The position numbers and the translations under genes were made by a program. DNA of 64,000 bases from a virus (Duplodnaviria > Caudoviricetes): positions 1-64,000 of the IMG/VR virus record IMGVR_UViG_3300028370_000004; one strand, written 5' to 3'. Numbering within the stretch: position 1 is the first letter of the stretch; each line of letters starts with the position of its first letter. The notes beneath the pieces are model-generated. The model made no database searches. It had not been told where the DNA came from and saw only the letters and a program-made list of their open reading frames with translations. Below are positions 38,380 to 47,956 of the stretch, piece after piece.

Positions 38380-41300
38380 TTAATCCTCAATTGCTAGTAT
38401 GTATGGTGTTAGCACAGCAAACAAACTTCTATCAAAAGTGTCGCCTTCAATTGTACCTGTCGTTCTATTTATCGTTAAGTCATCACCGATTCTAAAATCG
38501 CCTTCCTGATCTGTACCAGTATAGTAGACTCTGCCGCCGTTTTGTTGTATAACTTGATTTTCTAGAATTGGCCGTCCACCTTCGTACGGTAATGCAGCGT
38601 TAACGTCTATGCCGGCGCCGACCCACTCAAATGTATGTCCGCTTGCAGTAATTAAACTATACTGATGGAAACTAACTGAAGATCCTGATATAATGTCGTT
38701 GGTATCAAGTGGAATAGTTTCATCAAGTGTTACCTGACATACATATCCGTTATCAACCAGTCTAATTACAATGTCAAACAACTCCTCAACTTTGATCACT
38801 TCGGTAGCTGTAGCAGGTGCAATCGAAGTATCTTGTACACTTACGGATTGCAGTGAATTAACTGTAATGTTAGTTATGCAATCAGATACAACATCTTTTA
38901 ATCTTGCATAAGTTGCAAGGGTGACAGATTTTTGACTTGCCGGAATCTGTAATGTGCCGCCGCTATAATATTCATCAGCGGCATCAATTGTTTGACTGTT
39001 TCCATTGTATAATAAATCGTATGTAATTGCATCTATTATAAATGCAATATCTTCTTCACATTTTGCAGAATTGTATTCGAGTAACGGATAATATAAAGAA
39101 ATAAATGCAGTACCCTCGTCGATTATAAATTGTTTGTTATTTTGCAAAATATCTCTTGACTGTTCTACATTTACATTTACGCCAACCGGCGCAGTGTAAT
39201 TAATCGCAGGTGCTACACTAGTACCGTTAGATATAATGTTAATTAACATATCAAAACTATCCGAAATTGTACTATAGTCGCTAATAGAACTATCTATTAA
39301 TTCTAGTATTTTTATCTTAACGAAGTTAATCGCCGCAGTTGTTTCTGATAACTGATTGCCAATAACTTTTGCTGCGCTTGCTCTATAATAACTCTTTCCT
39401 GCTAATATAGTTTTATAGTTAGTATCAAGTGCCAAGTCGTCAACAACTGCTTGTATAATAAGCTTAATATCCCTTGCACACTTTGACTGGTTGTAATTGA
39501 ACTTACTAAATCGAGTATTAATATAATCTATTGTCGCTGCTCGCGTGTCGATACTACTGGTAACTATTTCTAAATAGTCACTTTGTAATTCTGTCGGTGC
39601 CCACGCAATTGACGGATTAATTTTTGAAACTACTGAATCGGTATTACCTGCTCTTATAACAGAGATCACTAATTCTAATTTTCTTGCAATTCCTGTTGCT
39701 GTAACTGCATTTGATGGAGTTGAATTAATCACCTGTGATTCTATATTTCCAGTAGTTACCGAGATTGCCACTTCCTGTACAACATCGGTGATTACCGAAC
39801 TAAGATGATCATAAGCTGAAATAGTTTCCATAACTTCGTCGGCACCTAGCTGACTTGTCCTGCCCGCAAAGTAACTCAATGCTACTGTGCGCATTGCAGT
39901 ATTACCGCCATAAAGTGTATCGTATGTTAATGCATCAACAATAAATCCTACATCTCTTGCACACTTGTCTTCGTCAAACGCAAAGTCTGCAATTTCATTG
40001 TTAATCTCGGCAATAGCAAGTAACGAAACAGATGACTTGTTACCAATAATTGTTGCATAATCAGCCTGAGCAGTTGTTGCCGTCCAAGTTATTGAAGGAA
40101 GTTCTTTTTCGTCCAAGCCGGCAGCTGATCCTGCTTGTACAATATCAATGGTTATTTGAATTAATGAAGTTGCGTCATTTGCTTCATTGACACTTGCTGC
40201 GTCGCCGGTAATATCTTGCACACTGGCATTGCCAGTTGACACTACTACACTTTGTTTCTGTATGACCTGAGCAACTACTGTTTGTAATCTTTCAAATACT
40301 GCAATAGTCGGAGCCGTTTGACCCGTGCCGAGTTGTAATACAGCGTTATCAAAATAGCTCTCTGCGACAACTCTAGAAGCAGTATTACCACCGTATAATG
40401 TATCAAATATTAATGCATCGATTATAAATCCAACATCTCGACGACATGCAGCAGCGTCATATGTAAATGATAAAGTAAATGGTGAAATGTTCTCTGCAAC
40501 TTGAACAGTAATCCATGCATCAATTTCGTCTTGCATAAAGAGTTTGTTTGCAACAAATTGAGAATTAGCATTGAGTGTATTTTCTGTTGCGTTAATCGGT
40601 AACGTGTTAACTGTTGTACTCTGTGCATTTGTGTTTATTATGTTAGTTATTTCATTAAATAACGTAGCAACTCTAATTTTGCTAGTTGAACTAATATTTA
40701 ATGCAAGTATTGTTACTTTTACAAATTCTATTGCTGCTAGTGTCTGTGACAATTGATTAGCAAGTACTACTGCCGAACTTCCTCTTCTGTATGAAAGTCC
40801 TGCTGTGATAGAATTATGATTTGAATTTAACACAACATCCAGTGAAACAGCATCTAAAATTAATCCAACATCTCGTATACATTTTTCTTCATTGTATATA
40901 TGGGGAGGAAATGCGTCGTTAATAAACGCAATAGTCTCTGCTATAAGAAAATCTTTATTTAATTGTAATAAATCCTTAGCATTAATAGTTGCACTATCTG
41001 CATTAGTAGGTTCCGGAAATGTTATCGAGTCCGGATTATTGTTTTCAAAAATGTCCAGCATTTCGTTAAATGATAGATTAATCCTTGAGGTTGCAGTAGT
41101 ACCAACCTCAAGGGCAATTAAGCTATCTCTAACAAATTCAATTGCCGATTTAGTTTGTACAAACTGGTCTTGTTTTACTTTAAGAGAGTTTATTCTTTGA
41201 TAAGACAAACCTGCAATAACCGAGTTGTAATTTGTTCCTAGTGCAACGTCCATAGAAACAGCATCAATGATTAAGCCAACGTCTCTTGAACATAGTACTT

Positions 41301-43386
41301 CGTCGTAAACAAAACTAGAAAATTGGTCATTTAAAAACTCAATAGTATCAATAGAAATTTTAGTTTTATTGTCGAGTATAGTTTGTCTTGAAGACAACGA
41401 AGTAGCATCCTGTGACGAAAAGTCTGGCTCATTGTTGTCAATAAAATCATTTATAAAACTACCATTCTCTATATAACCTGTTATAGTGTCATATAATGTA
41501 TTTGTTTTAATTGTCATCTCTACTGTAGACGAATTAGTGCTAGTATCTTGTGTAGTAACTGAATTTTTACGCACAACTGTAATGTTTAATAGGCAATCTT
41601 TTGTAACTGTTCTAATATAATTATATACAGCAAGAGTTGAATCTTTTTCATCTTCGCCTAATTGCAGTGCAGTACCAAAATAATATTGTTGACCCGCTAC
41701 AAGACTTTGACTGTTTCCACCGTAAAGGACATCGTATGTAATAGCATCAACTATATAACCAATATCAGTTCTGCATACTGCTTCGTTATATGTCGACGAG
41801 GGATAATTTTCGTTAATATATGCAATACCTTCTTCAATAATAAAGTCTTTGTTTAATACTAAAATAGATTTAGCTCTTAGTTCAGCACTTGATACACCAA
41901 CTGGGTCGTTGAACTCTATTGTGTCGGCATTACCAATGCCATTGGTTACAATATCAATGATTTCATTAAGGTTAGATTCTATTCTTATATATGGAACAGT
42001 ACCATTAGTTAGTAATGCTAGCATTTCTGTTTTTAAGAATTCAATGGCTGCAATTGTTTCCGTTAACTGGTTACTAATTAATCCACTTGCTGACCCATTA
42101 TAGTACGACCTTGCTGAAACAATACTACTGTAATTAGTATTCATTACCATGTCGCTAGTAGCAGCTTTAATAAGGATGCCAACGTCTCTTGCACATTTAG
42201 ATTGACTGTATTGCAATGATGGATATGTTGTATTAACATAAGCTACTGTATCAACCTTTAATGCATCAGTTGCTGCAATTATTGTATTTCTTGCAATCTG
42301 CAGGGACGACAATTGATTAGTAAAATTAGGATTTTCAACCGTTGTTTTACCAATTTTAACATCGGATGTTGTAGAAACTGTGTAATATTTTGATCCGTCG
42401 AATGATAATGCGTCTCCGGAGTTTGGACGCTTAACTAAATTATTTATTAATATATCCGAGCCACCAAATTTTGGTGCTGTAATTGTCTGAGCAACTGACC
42501 CGTAATACTTCGGAAGACTTACTCCATCGGCTTTTAATCCAAATGTACCAAACGAGCTGTTTGAGTTTGTTAATGAACAAAATCCTCCAGATTCGCATAG
42601 AATTGCAATTTCGCAACAAATTGTAAATACCGAAACTAACTGAGTGTTACCTAGGTTCAGCATGTGAATTCCAGTGCCGCCTTGGTTATATTGAGTAAAT
42701 GCGTCAACAACCATAGACTTTAATCCAGTTGCATGTGCGCCGTCGACTCGCATACCAGTACCGGTAGTAGTGATAGACGTACAGTTTTGTACGTACGGAG
42801 ATTTAAAAATTTGTCCAGCTGATCCATCAGGGTTAAATGCTACAACAGCTGCCGGTGCTTCGTGATCCTTAAAAGTGATACCGGCAAGATACGAACCGTT
42901 GTTTACCCAAAACATGTCTACCTTTGGTGAAGCTGATCGTATTATAACTGTACGTAAACTATCTCCAATGATTCCTACATCCTTTGGAACAATAACAGGA
43001 TTTTCTAAAGTATAATCACCTGCTTTAATGTGCAAAGTTGCACCCTCGGGTACTTTGCTCAATGCATATTTAATAGATGAAAATCCACTGCCTATTGTTT
43101 TGCCATTGTTTGAGTCTGACCCATTCTTGGTAACATAAAACACATTGTCGGCTATGTCAATTGCATTAGTCCATTCGTTGCCTTCAAAATACTCAAATTT
43201 AAGCGTGTCTGTGTTGTATCGTGCCGATCCAGCTGCGGCTCTGAGAGGACGTAACGAAGTTGGGCCTTTGGGAATAATTAAAGATCCGCTAACATCAAGT
43301 GACACTTGTTGCTGCGATGGATCTACCTTTAGGCCACTTCCTTTGATGTTTCTTGAGTTTGTATTTTGTGATTTAAGTAATCTCAT
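38380..43386 (-). CDS. Large virion structural protein: pectin-lyase-like N-terminal domain + 8 helical C-x-x-D repeats
   Basis: FYVTKNGSDSNNG, GDSLR, SPYVQNCTS, DAFTQ; repeats such as YNQSKCARDI..D..N. Confidence 0.8.
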   Translation of the reverse strand: MRLLKSQNTNSRNIKGSGLKVDPSQQQVSLDVSGSLIIPKGPTSLRPLRAAAGSARYNTDTLKFEYFEGNEWTNAIDIADNVFYVTKNGSDSNNGKTIGSGFSSIKYALSKVPEGATLHIKAGDYTLENPVIVPKDVGIIGDSLRTVIIRSASPKVDMFWVNNGSYLAGITFKDHEAPAAVVAFNPDGSAGQIFKSPYVQNCTSITTTGTGMRVDGAHATGLKSMVVDAFTQYNQGGTGIHMLNLGNTQLVSVFTICCEIAILCESGGFCSLTNSNSSFGTFGLKADGVSLPKYYGSVAQTITAPKFGGSDILINNLVKRPNSGDALSFDGSKYYTVSTTSDVKIGKTTVENPNFTNQLSSLQIARNTIIAATDALKVDTVAYVNTTYPSLQYSQSKCARDVGILIKAATSDMVMNTNYSSIVSARSYYNGSASGLISNQLTETIAAIEFLKTEMLALLTNGTVPYIRIESNLNEIIDIVTNGIGNADTIEFNDPVGVSSAELRAKSILVLNKDFIIEEGIAYINENYPSSTYNEAVCRTDIGYIVDAITYDVLYGGNSQSLVAGQQYYFGTALQLGEDEKDSTLAVYNYIRTVTKDCLLNITVVRKNSVTTQDTSTNSSTVEMTIKTNTLYDTITGYIENGSFINDFIDNNEPDFSSQDATSLSSRQTILDNKTKISIDTIEFLNDQFSSFVYDEVLCSRDVGLIIDAVSMDVALGTNYNSVIAGLSYQRINSLKVKQDQFVQTKSAIEFVRDSLIALEVGTTATSRINLSFNEMLDIFENNNPDSITFPEPTNADSATINAKDLLQLNKDFLIAETIAFINDAFPPHIYNEEKCIRDVGLILDAVSLDVVLNSNHNSITAGLSYRRGSSAVVLANQLSQTLAAIEFVKVTILALNISSTSKIRVATLFNEITNIINTNAQSTTVNTLPINATENTLNANSQFVANKLFMQDEIDAWITVQVAENISPFTLSFTYDAAACRRDVGFIIDALIFDTLYGGNTASRVVAESYFDNAVLQLGTGQTAPTIAVFERLQTVVAQVIQKQSVVVSTGNASVQDITGDAASVNEANDATSLIQITIDIVQAGSAAGLDEKELPSITWTATTAQADYATIIGNKSSVSLLAIAEINNEIADFAFDEDKCARDVGFIVDALTYDTLYGGNTAMRTVALSYFAGRTSQLGADEVMETISAYDHLSSVITDVVQEVAISVTTGNIESQVINSTPSNAVTATGIARKLELVISVIRAGNTDSVVSKINPSIAWAPTELQSDYLEIVTSSIDTRAATIDYINTRFSKFNYNQSKCARDIKLIIQAVVDDLALDTNYKTILAGKSYYRASAAKVIGNQLSETTAAINFVKIKILELIDSSISDYSTISDSFDMLINIISNGTSVAPAINYTAPVGVNVNVEQSRDILQNNKQFIIDEGTAFISLYYPLLEYNSAKCEEDIAFIIDAITYDLLYNGNSQTIDAADEYYSGGTLQIPASQKSVTLATYARLKDVVSDCITNITVNSLQSVSVQDTSIAPATATEVIKVEELFDIVIRLVDNGYVCQVTLDETIPLDTNDIISGSSVSFHQYSLITASGHTFEWVGAGIDVNAALPYEGGRPILENQVIQQNGGRVYYTGTDQEGDFRIGDDLTINRTTGTIEGDTFDRSLFAVLTPYILAIED

Positions 43387-43387
43387 T

Positions 43388-43750
43388 TTATACTTCCAGG
43401 TAACTTACTGATACTGATAAATTAGTTAATTCTCCAACTAGGGCCGGAAAGGCAACAAAACTTAATTCTTCTCCTTGGTCAAGAATAACTTTTTCAGTAT
43501 CAAATGTAAAAGTTTCTCCTGCGACCAAGTCTAATGATCTTACTACGCATGTAACACTGTTTGATAGTGCCTGACCTGCTTTTCTAAAATGCATATCAAA
43601 ACTTGCAGTATTTGCACTAGCGTCTCCGGCATTTGGATCATACGTGTTGCATACCATGATGCTGGTAATAGCAAATCTTTTATTTGCTGGCACGCCGCCT
43701 ACAAATAAGTCTAACCGAGAAGTAGTTAGTTGTGCATTTTCTAGTGCCAT
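43388..43750 (-). CDS. Small beta-rich virion protein
   Basis: AITSIMVCN..GETFTFDTEKVIL; AGGA RBS. Confidence 0.7.
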   Translation of the reverse strand: MALENAQLTTSRLDLFVGGVPANKRFAITSIMVCNTYDPNAGDASANTASFDMHFRKAGQALSNSVTCVVRSLDLVAGETFTFDTEKVILDQGEELSFVAFPALVGELTNLSVSVSYLEV

Positions 43751-43760
43751 TTTTATTCCT

Positions 43761-44681
43761 TTATAAAACCATACTAAACAATAATGCTCTATTTCTAGAT
43801 ATTAATTCGTCAGTATTTGCGTCTTCGTCTATGTAGTATACTCCTGAGCCGCCCTCAGATGGTGTGTTAACGTAAAAACTATGACCGCTAACTGGAGCAT
43901 TAGGAACAGTATCAACCCGTTCAATTTCTAAAATTTTACTGATCTTAATTGTACCTTGCCCGGTAACAACTAACGTTATTGAGTCGTTTATGTTAGAAGT
44001 CTGAAAAGTTGTAACTGTTCCAAGTGATACAGAAGTTTCTGTAATCGTTAATCCATTAACTCCGTCGACTTCAACATCAATTTTGCTAGGCGCGCCCGAC
44101 ACACTAAAATCACTTATTTCAATTTTAGTGTCGCCTTCGACAATTTTATTTTTAAAATCTTGTGATGTAAAGTCAATTATTGCTTTAACATTTGGAATAG
44201 CATCGTCATCAATTGGTACACCAGTGTTTTCGTCATTAACATAAACAAACACTTGCTGTTCGTAATCAGTTGTTCCTGTTACACTAACAATACTAGTACC
44301 GGAATTTATTAAATATAAATCTTCGCCATTGGTAGTTATGCTACTGGTCTTAATACCTATTAGATCTCCTAATGTGTTCTTAAATTCAAAATTTCCAAGA
44401 ACAGTAGTACCATCAGACGGGTCCATCCATCTATTATCTTCATTAAATAATATAACAGTATCAGGAAGTGTTCCTCTGTCAATTTGAATACCCGAGGTAT
44501 TTAAACTAATGCCGCTGCCAGTTTCTCCCTTGTTAATATGAACTATATTGTCAAAAATATCAAGGTTTCCAAGAATTTTTACTGACCCAGCAGCACCAGG
44601 ATCAAGGGCGATTTCGCCGCCGGTATTAATTTTAATCTTATAGTAATCGACTCCGTAGTTTGTTACCTTACTTAATGCCAT
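43761..44681 (-). CDS. Hypothetical virion/fibre-associated protein
   Basis: DNIVHINKGE..SGIQIDRG motif; in the structural operon. Confidence 0.7.
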   Translation of the reverse strand: MALSKVTNYGVDYYKIKINTGGEIALDPGAAGSVKILGNLDIFDNIVHINKGETGSGISLNTSGIQIDRGTLPDTVILFNEDNRWMDPSDGTTVLGNFEFKNTLGDLIGIKTSSITTNGEDLYLINSGTSIVSVTGTTDYEQQVFVYVNDENTGVPIDDDAIPNVKAIIDFTSQDFKNKIVEGDTKIEISDFSVSGAPSKIDVEVDGVNGLTITETSVSLGTVTTFQTSNINDSITLVVTGQGTIKISKILEIERVDTVPNAPVSGHSFYVNTPSEGGSGVYYIDEDANTDELISRNRALLFSMVL

Positions 44682-44694
44682 CTCAAGTCACCTA

Positions 44695-45069
44695 TTATAT
44701 TGCAGTCAGAACTAGAATATTAGATGTTGAATCGTCTTGAACTTCCCAAGTATAACGGTTGTTGTCAAAATCGATCATGGTTCTGTTATGAAATTTGCGT
44801 ATGTTGACACCGTCGCCGTTGCCGCCGATGTATCCCTTGACAACCATTTCGTTGTCAGATGGAATGTCTTTGTCAACTAGAACACACGAACCGGAATTGC
44901 CGTCGCCGCCTGCTAGATCATTAACTCTAAATTTGGTTTCTGATCTTTGTGAAAGAATTATTCCGGTTAGTGTAACGTCGTTTGTTCCGATCTTAACCGT
45001 TGCTGGAATTGTTCCATCGTCGGCATCATTTGTAGTACCAAGATATTGTTTGTTAATTGGACGTCCCAT
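44695..45069 (-). CDS. Hypothetical protein
   Basis: MGRPINK..; AGGAG RBS. Confidence 0.75.
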   Translation of the reverse strand: MGRPINKQYLGTTNDADDGTIPATVKIGTNDVTLTGIILSQRSETKFRVNDLAGGDGNSGSCVLVDKDIPSDNEMVVKGYIGGNGDGVNIRKFHNRTMIDFDNNRYTWEVQDDSTSNILVLTAI

Positions 45070-45090
45070 TTGTTTCTCCTATGTTGACGT

Positions 45091-45141
45091 TCTAGGTCTA
45101 CGCGGAGGGTATCCGCATAAGTCTGCTTGCGCAGCACTAGA
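45091..45141 (-). promoter_or_regulatory. Structured 5' leader (three-way junction) after the late promoter GATAAATA (45148-45155)
   Basis: UCUAG/CUAGA closing stem; CUGC-GCAA-GCAG; UAUGCGGA-UACCC-UCCGCGUA. Confidence 0.55.
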
Positions 45142-45180
45142 CACTTATATTTATCAAAAGAACAGAATAGGTAGTCAAGG

Positions 45181-45211
45181 AAAAAGACTAGTCCGAATCG
45201 GACTAGTCTTT
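45181..45211 (-). terminator. Intrinsic terminator
   Basis: AAAGACTAGTCCGA-A-TCGGACTAGTCTTT hairpin with T-tract on the minus strand. Confidence 0.85.
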
Positions 45212-45218
45212 AATAAGA

Positions 45219-45493
45219 CAGAGAAGAAAAAGTATTAAAAACTGGCTGATCAAAGTGCATACAGTATACGGTTCGCTAGGCGCACCCACTGTGGCAAAAG
45301 TCAAAAAGCAAAAAGCATAAGGATCCTATTTCCAGCCAGCAATATGCAGGCACAGTTAAGGCTAATAAGTGGCTGGGACACAATCTTGCTATGATCAAAC
45401 GATCTTAATTGAAAGTGTATGACCTCATACATGGTACCGGTCTTCTTTTATCTTTCTCCTCTGGGTAATTTACGCTTTCAACGCATAATCACC
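45219..45493 (-). ncRNA. Candidate ~275-nt structured RNA downstream of the 193-aa coiled-coil gene
   Basis: No ORF; closing stem 45451-45463 / 45219-45231; internal stem 45370-45376 / 45332-45338; 5' hairpin 45464-45493. Confidence 0.5.
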
Positions 45494-45500
45494 AAACTGT

Positions 45501-46082
45501 TTACAGGATACCAGCTGCTGTAAGTGCTGGTACACTGTCTGCGTCAACTTCAATTTGAGTCTTCACATTTAATTCAAGAAGTGTATCTTGTAACAAGAGC
45601 TTTCTCTTTTTCATTTCAGCAGCCTTCTTGCGGAATTCATCAATTTCAGCTACTTCGAAGATCGAAGTAGCAACTTCGTCTTCATTAGCGCTTGCAAAGC
45701 GGTAAGTATCGGCTGAGCCAGATTCTCTGCTTCTAATCTTGCCAAGCTTGCCGCGCATAACTTCTGCAGCAACACAAGGCTTTGATTTTGACAAACGTGT
45801 CATGTGCCCAATTTGTTTTTCAAGCAATGCTACCTCTGTAAGTATATCGTTAATACCTACAGCGGCGTTTGCTCTAGCAACATTGCGTCGGATATCATAT
45901 AATGCTGCAAGCATTACTTCGCGTGTTTCTGAATTCTCAGTGAATACAATTCTTGCCGCTGCAATTTTTTCATTTGGCTTTTCAAATTCATTAACACTAA
46001 CATTTGTGTCAAGATCCAAAGCAGTAATTGCTTCATTGATTGCTGCTTGTACAGCGTTTGCCTTGCGTAGTGTAATTTTCAT
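45501..46082 (-). CDS. Coiled-coil protein, possibly DIP1984/DUF6847-like
   Basis: MKITLRKA..IRRNVARAN..LQDTLLELNVKTQIEV pattern; has its own promoter-like region. Confidence 0.55.
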   Translation of the reverse strand: MKITLRKANAVQAAINEAITALDLDTNVSVNEFEKPNEKIAAARIVFTENSETREVMLAALYDIRRNVARANAAVGINDILTEVALLEKQIGHMTRLSKSKPCVAAEVMRGKLGKIRSRESGSADTYRFASANEDEVATSIFEVAEIDEFRKKAAEMKKRKLLLQDTLLELNVKTQIEVDADSVPALTAAGIL

Positions 46083-46229
46083 GTGCCTATGTCTTCCTTG
46101 TTGTTATGTATTTAATATAACATCACATGCAGCAAAGGTCGACCTCTTTAACACTTAACCAAGAGAAATATATTTTTAAATTATGTCTAATTATTTTTAT
46201 AAATTTTATTTAATGTAGTTAAGATTAAT

Positions 46230-46258
46230 TTGATTTTTTGCATACTCAATGTTATAAT
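46230..46258 (+). promoter_or_regulatory. Sigma70-type promoter of the endonuclease gene
   Basis: TTGATT-17 nt (ending TGT)-TATAAT. Confidence 0.55.
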
Positions 46259-46309
46259 AAAGTTAAATACAGCTAGTTATATAACAGGCTCAAAGGTATA
46301 TAGAACAAT

Positions 46310-47896
46310 ATGAAACTTCAATTACAACAATTAATTAACCAATATCCAAAACACTATACTAGAATGATTAAAAAAGATACTAATATTAACAAATTTGTAG
46401 AAACATTTATTGGAAATACAATTGCAGAAAAAGCATATAATGCATTACACAATCCTATAACACAATGTCCTCATGGCCAGCAATATAAATTTAAAGGAAT
46501 AACCCAGGGATACTCCTTTTGTGGCAGGGCAAATGCGTGTAAATGTGCTAGAGAAAGTGTTTCTCTAGCAGTGTCTAATACTAAGAAAAAGTTTACCGAA
46601 GAGAAAAAACAACAAATACAATCAAAAAAAATTAATAGCTTAAATAAAAAATACAATGTCAACAACGCAGGAAAATTAAAACATGCTATACAAAATCATG
46701 CAGACTTTTATAATAATTCCGATAACGTAAATACAGTTGTATCAAAAGTACAACAAACAAAACTTATCAAATACGGAAATTCTAATTACAATAATCCTGA
46801 AAAAATTAAACAGACTTTTAAAGAAAAGGATACTGTTTTTTGGCAACAGCGATTTCCTGAAAAAGATATTTCAACATTACATGATAAATTGGCATTAAAA
46901 AAAATGTTTGAAACTATACCCATTACTGACATTGCAACAACACTTGGCGTTCATATACAAACCGTTTATCAGTACCTCAATAAGCATAAAATTAAAAGTC
47001 CTTACCAGAGCTCGTATGAGCAAGAAATAGTATTGTTTTTGCAGAGTTTAGGAATTACAAACATAATACGCAACACACGGAAACTGTTACCTAGCGGCAA
47101 GGAAATTGATATTTATTTGCCGGACTACCGTTTAGCAATTGAATTTAACGGAATTTATTGGCACCACGAAGATATAAGTCACATCACTCGGTCTTATCAC
47201 AAAAACAAGTTTATAGAAGCCGAGTATTTAGGAATACAGCTAATTACTATCTTTTCAAACTTTTGGAACACGCGCAAAGATATTGTAAAACAATCTTTAA
47301 TAAATAAACTAGGCTTAGATACTCAATCGATTTATGCCAGACAAACAGTAGTCAGACTGATATCTGCAAAACATACAACAGAGTTTTTAAATAAAAATCA
47401 TATACAAGGATACACGCCGGCTTCGGTATGCTACGGATTATTTGATCATAACGATATATTAGTTGCTGTAATGACGTTCTCGCGTTCACGCATTGCACTA
47501 GGCAAGCAAACTCGGGGATTTGAATTAGTAAGATATGCTAGTGCGTTACGGGTAGTTGGAGGCGCAGGAAAATTATTAGCAGCATTTTGTAAAGAATATC
47601 CTGATCAAGCAGTGTATTCTTACAGCAACAACGAATGGAGCAACGGCAGTTTGTATAAAACACTTGGGTTTGATTTAGAAAGAGACATTGATGTTAGCTA
47701 TTGGTATATTCATCCAAGAGAAGAAAAACTAATGCACCGGTTTAATTTTTCAAAACAAAAGTTAATTAAAAAAGGATACGATAAATTAAAAACAGAAAAA
47801 GAAATATGCAAAGAAATTGGGTTACTTAAAGTGTGGGATTGCGGCAAGCGGCGATGGATGTTAGAATCTAGTAATTCACGAAAATCAGGGTTATAA
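46310..47896 (+). CDS. Free-standing homing endonuclease (Vsr/DUF559-like + GNAT-like C-terminus), paralogue of 13580..15160
   Basis: EIDIYLP..AIEFNGIYWH; NHIQG..ELVRYA..WDCG; antisense, downstream of the capsid gene. Confidence 0.8.
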   Translation: MKLQLQQLINQYPKHYTRMIKKDTNINKFVETFIGNTIAEKAYNALHNPITQCPHGQQYKFKGITQGYSFCGRANACKCARESVSLAVSNTKKKFTEEKKQQIQSKKINSLNKKYNVNNAGKLKHAIQNHADFYNNSDNVNTVVSKVQQTKLIKYGNSNYNNPEKIKQTFKEKDTVFWQQRFPEKDISTLHDKLALKKMFETIPITDIATTLGVHIQTVYQYLNKHKIKSPYQSSYEQEIVLFLQSLGITNIIRNTRKLLPSGKEIDIYLPDYRLAIEFNGIYWHHEDISHITRSYHKNKFIEAEYLGIQLITIFSNFWNTRKDIVKQSLINKLGLDTQSIYARQTVVRLISAKHTTEFLNKNHIQGYTPASVCYGLFDHNDILVAVMTFSRSRIALGKQTRGFELVRYASALRVVGGAGKLLAAFCKEYPDQAVYSYSNNEWSNGSLYKTLGFDLERDIDVSYWYIHPREEKLMHRFNFSKQKLIKKGYDKLKTEKEICKEIGLLKVWDCGKRRWMLESSNSRKSGL

Positions 47897-47908
47897 GCAC
47901 AATAATTC

Positions 47909-47932
47909 AAAAGAAAAGGCCCCAAGGGGCCT
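47909..47932 (-). terminator. Terminator after the major capsid gene
   Basis: AGGCCCC-TT-GGGGCCT followed by TTTCTTTT on the minus strand. Confidence 0.7.
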
Positions 47933-47956
47933 AATCTTGTTTTCTTGTTGCTACGT

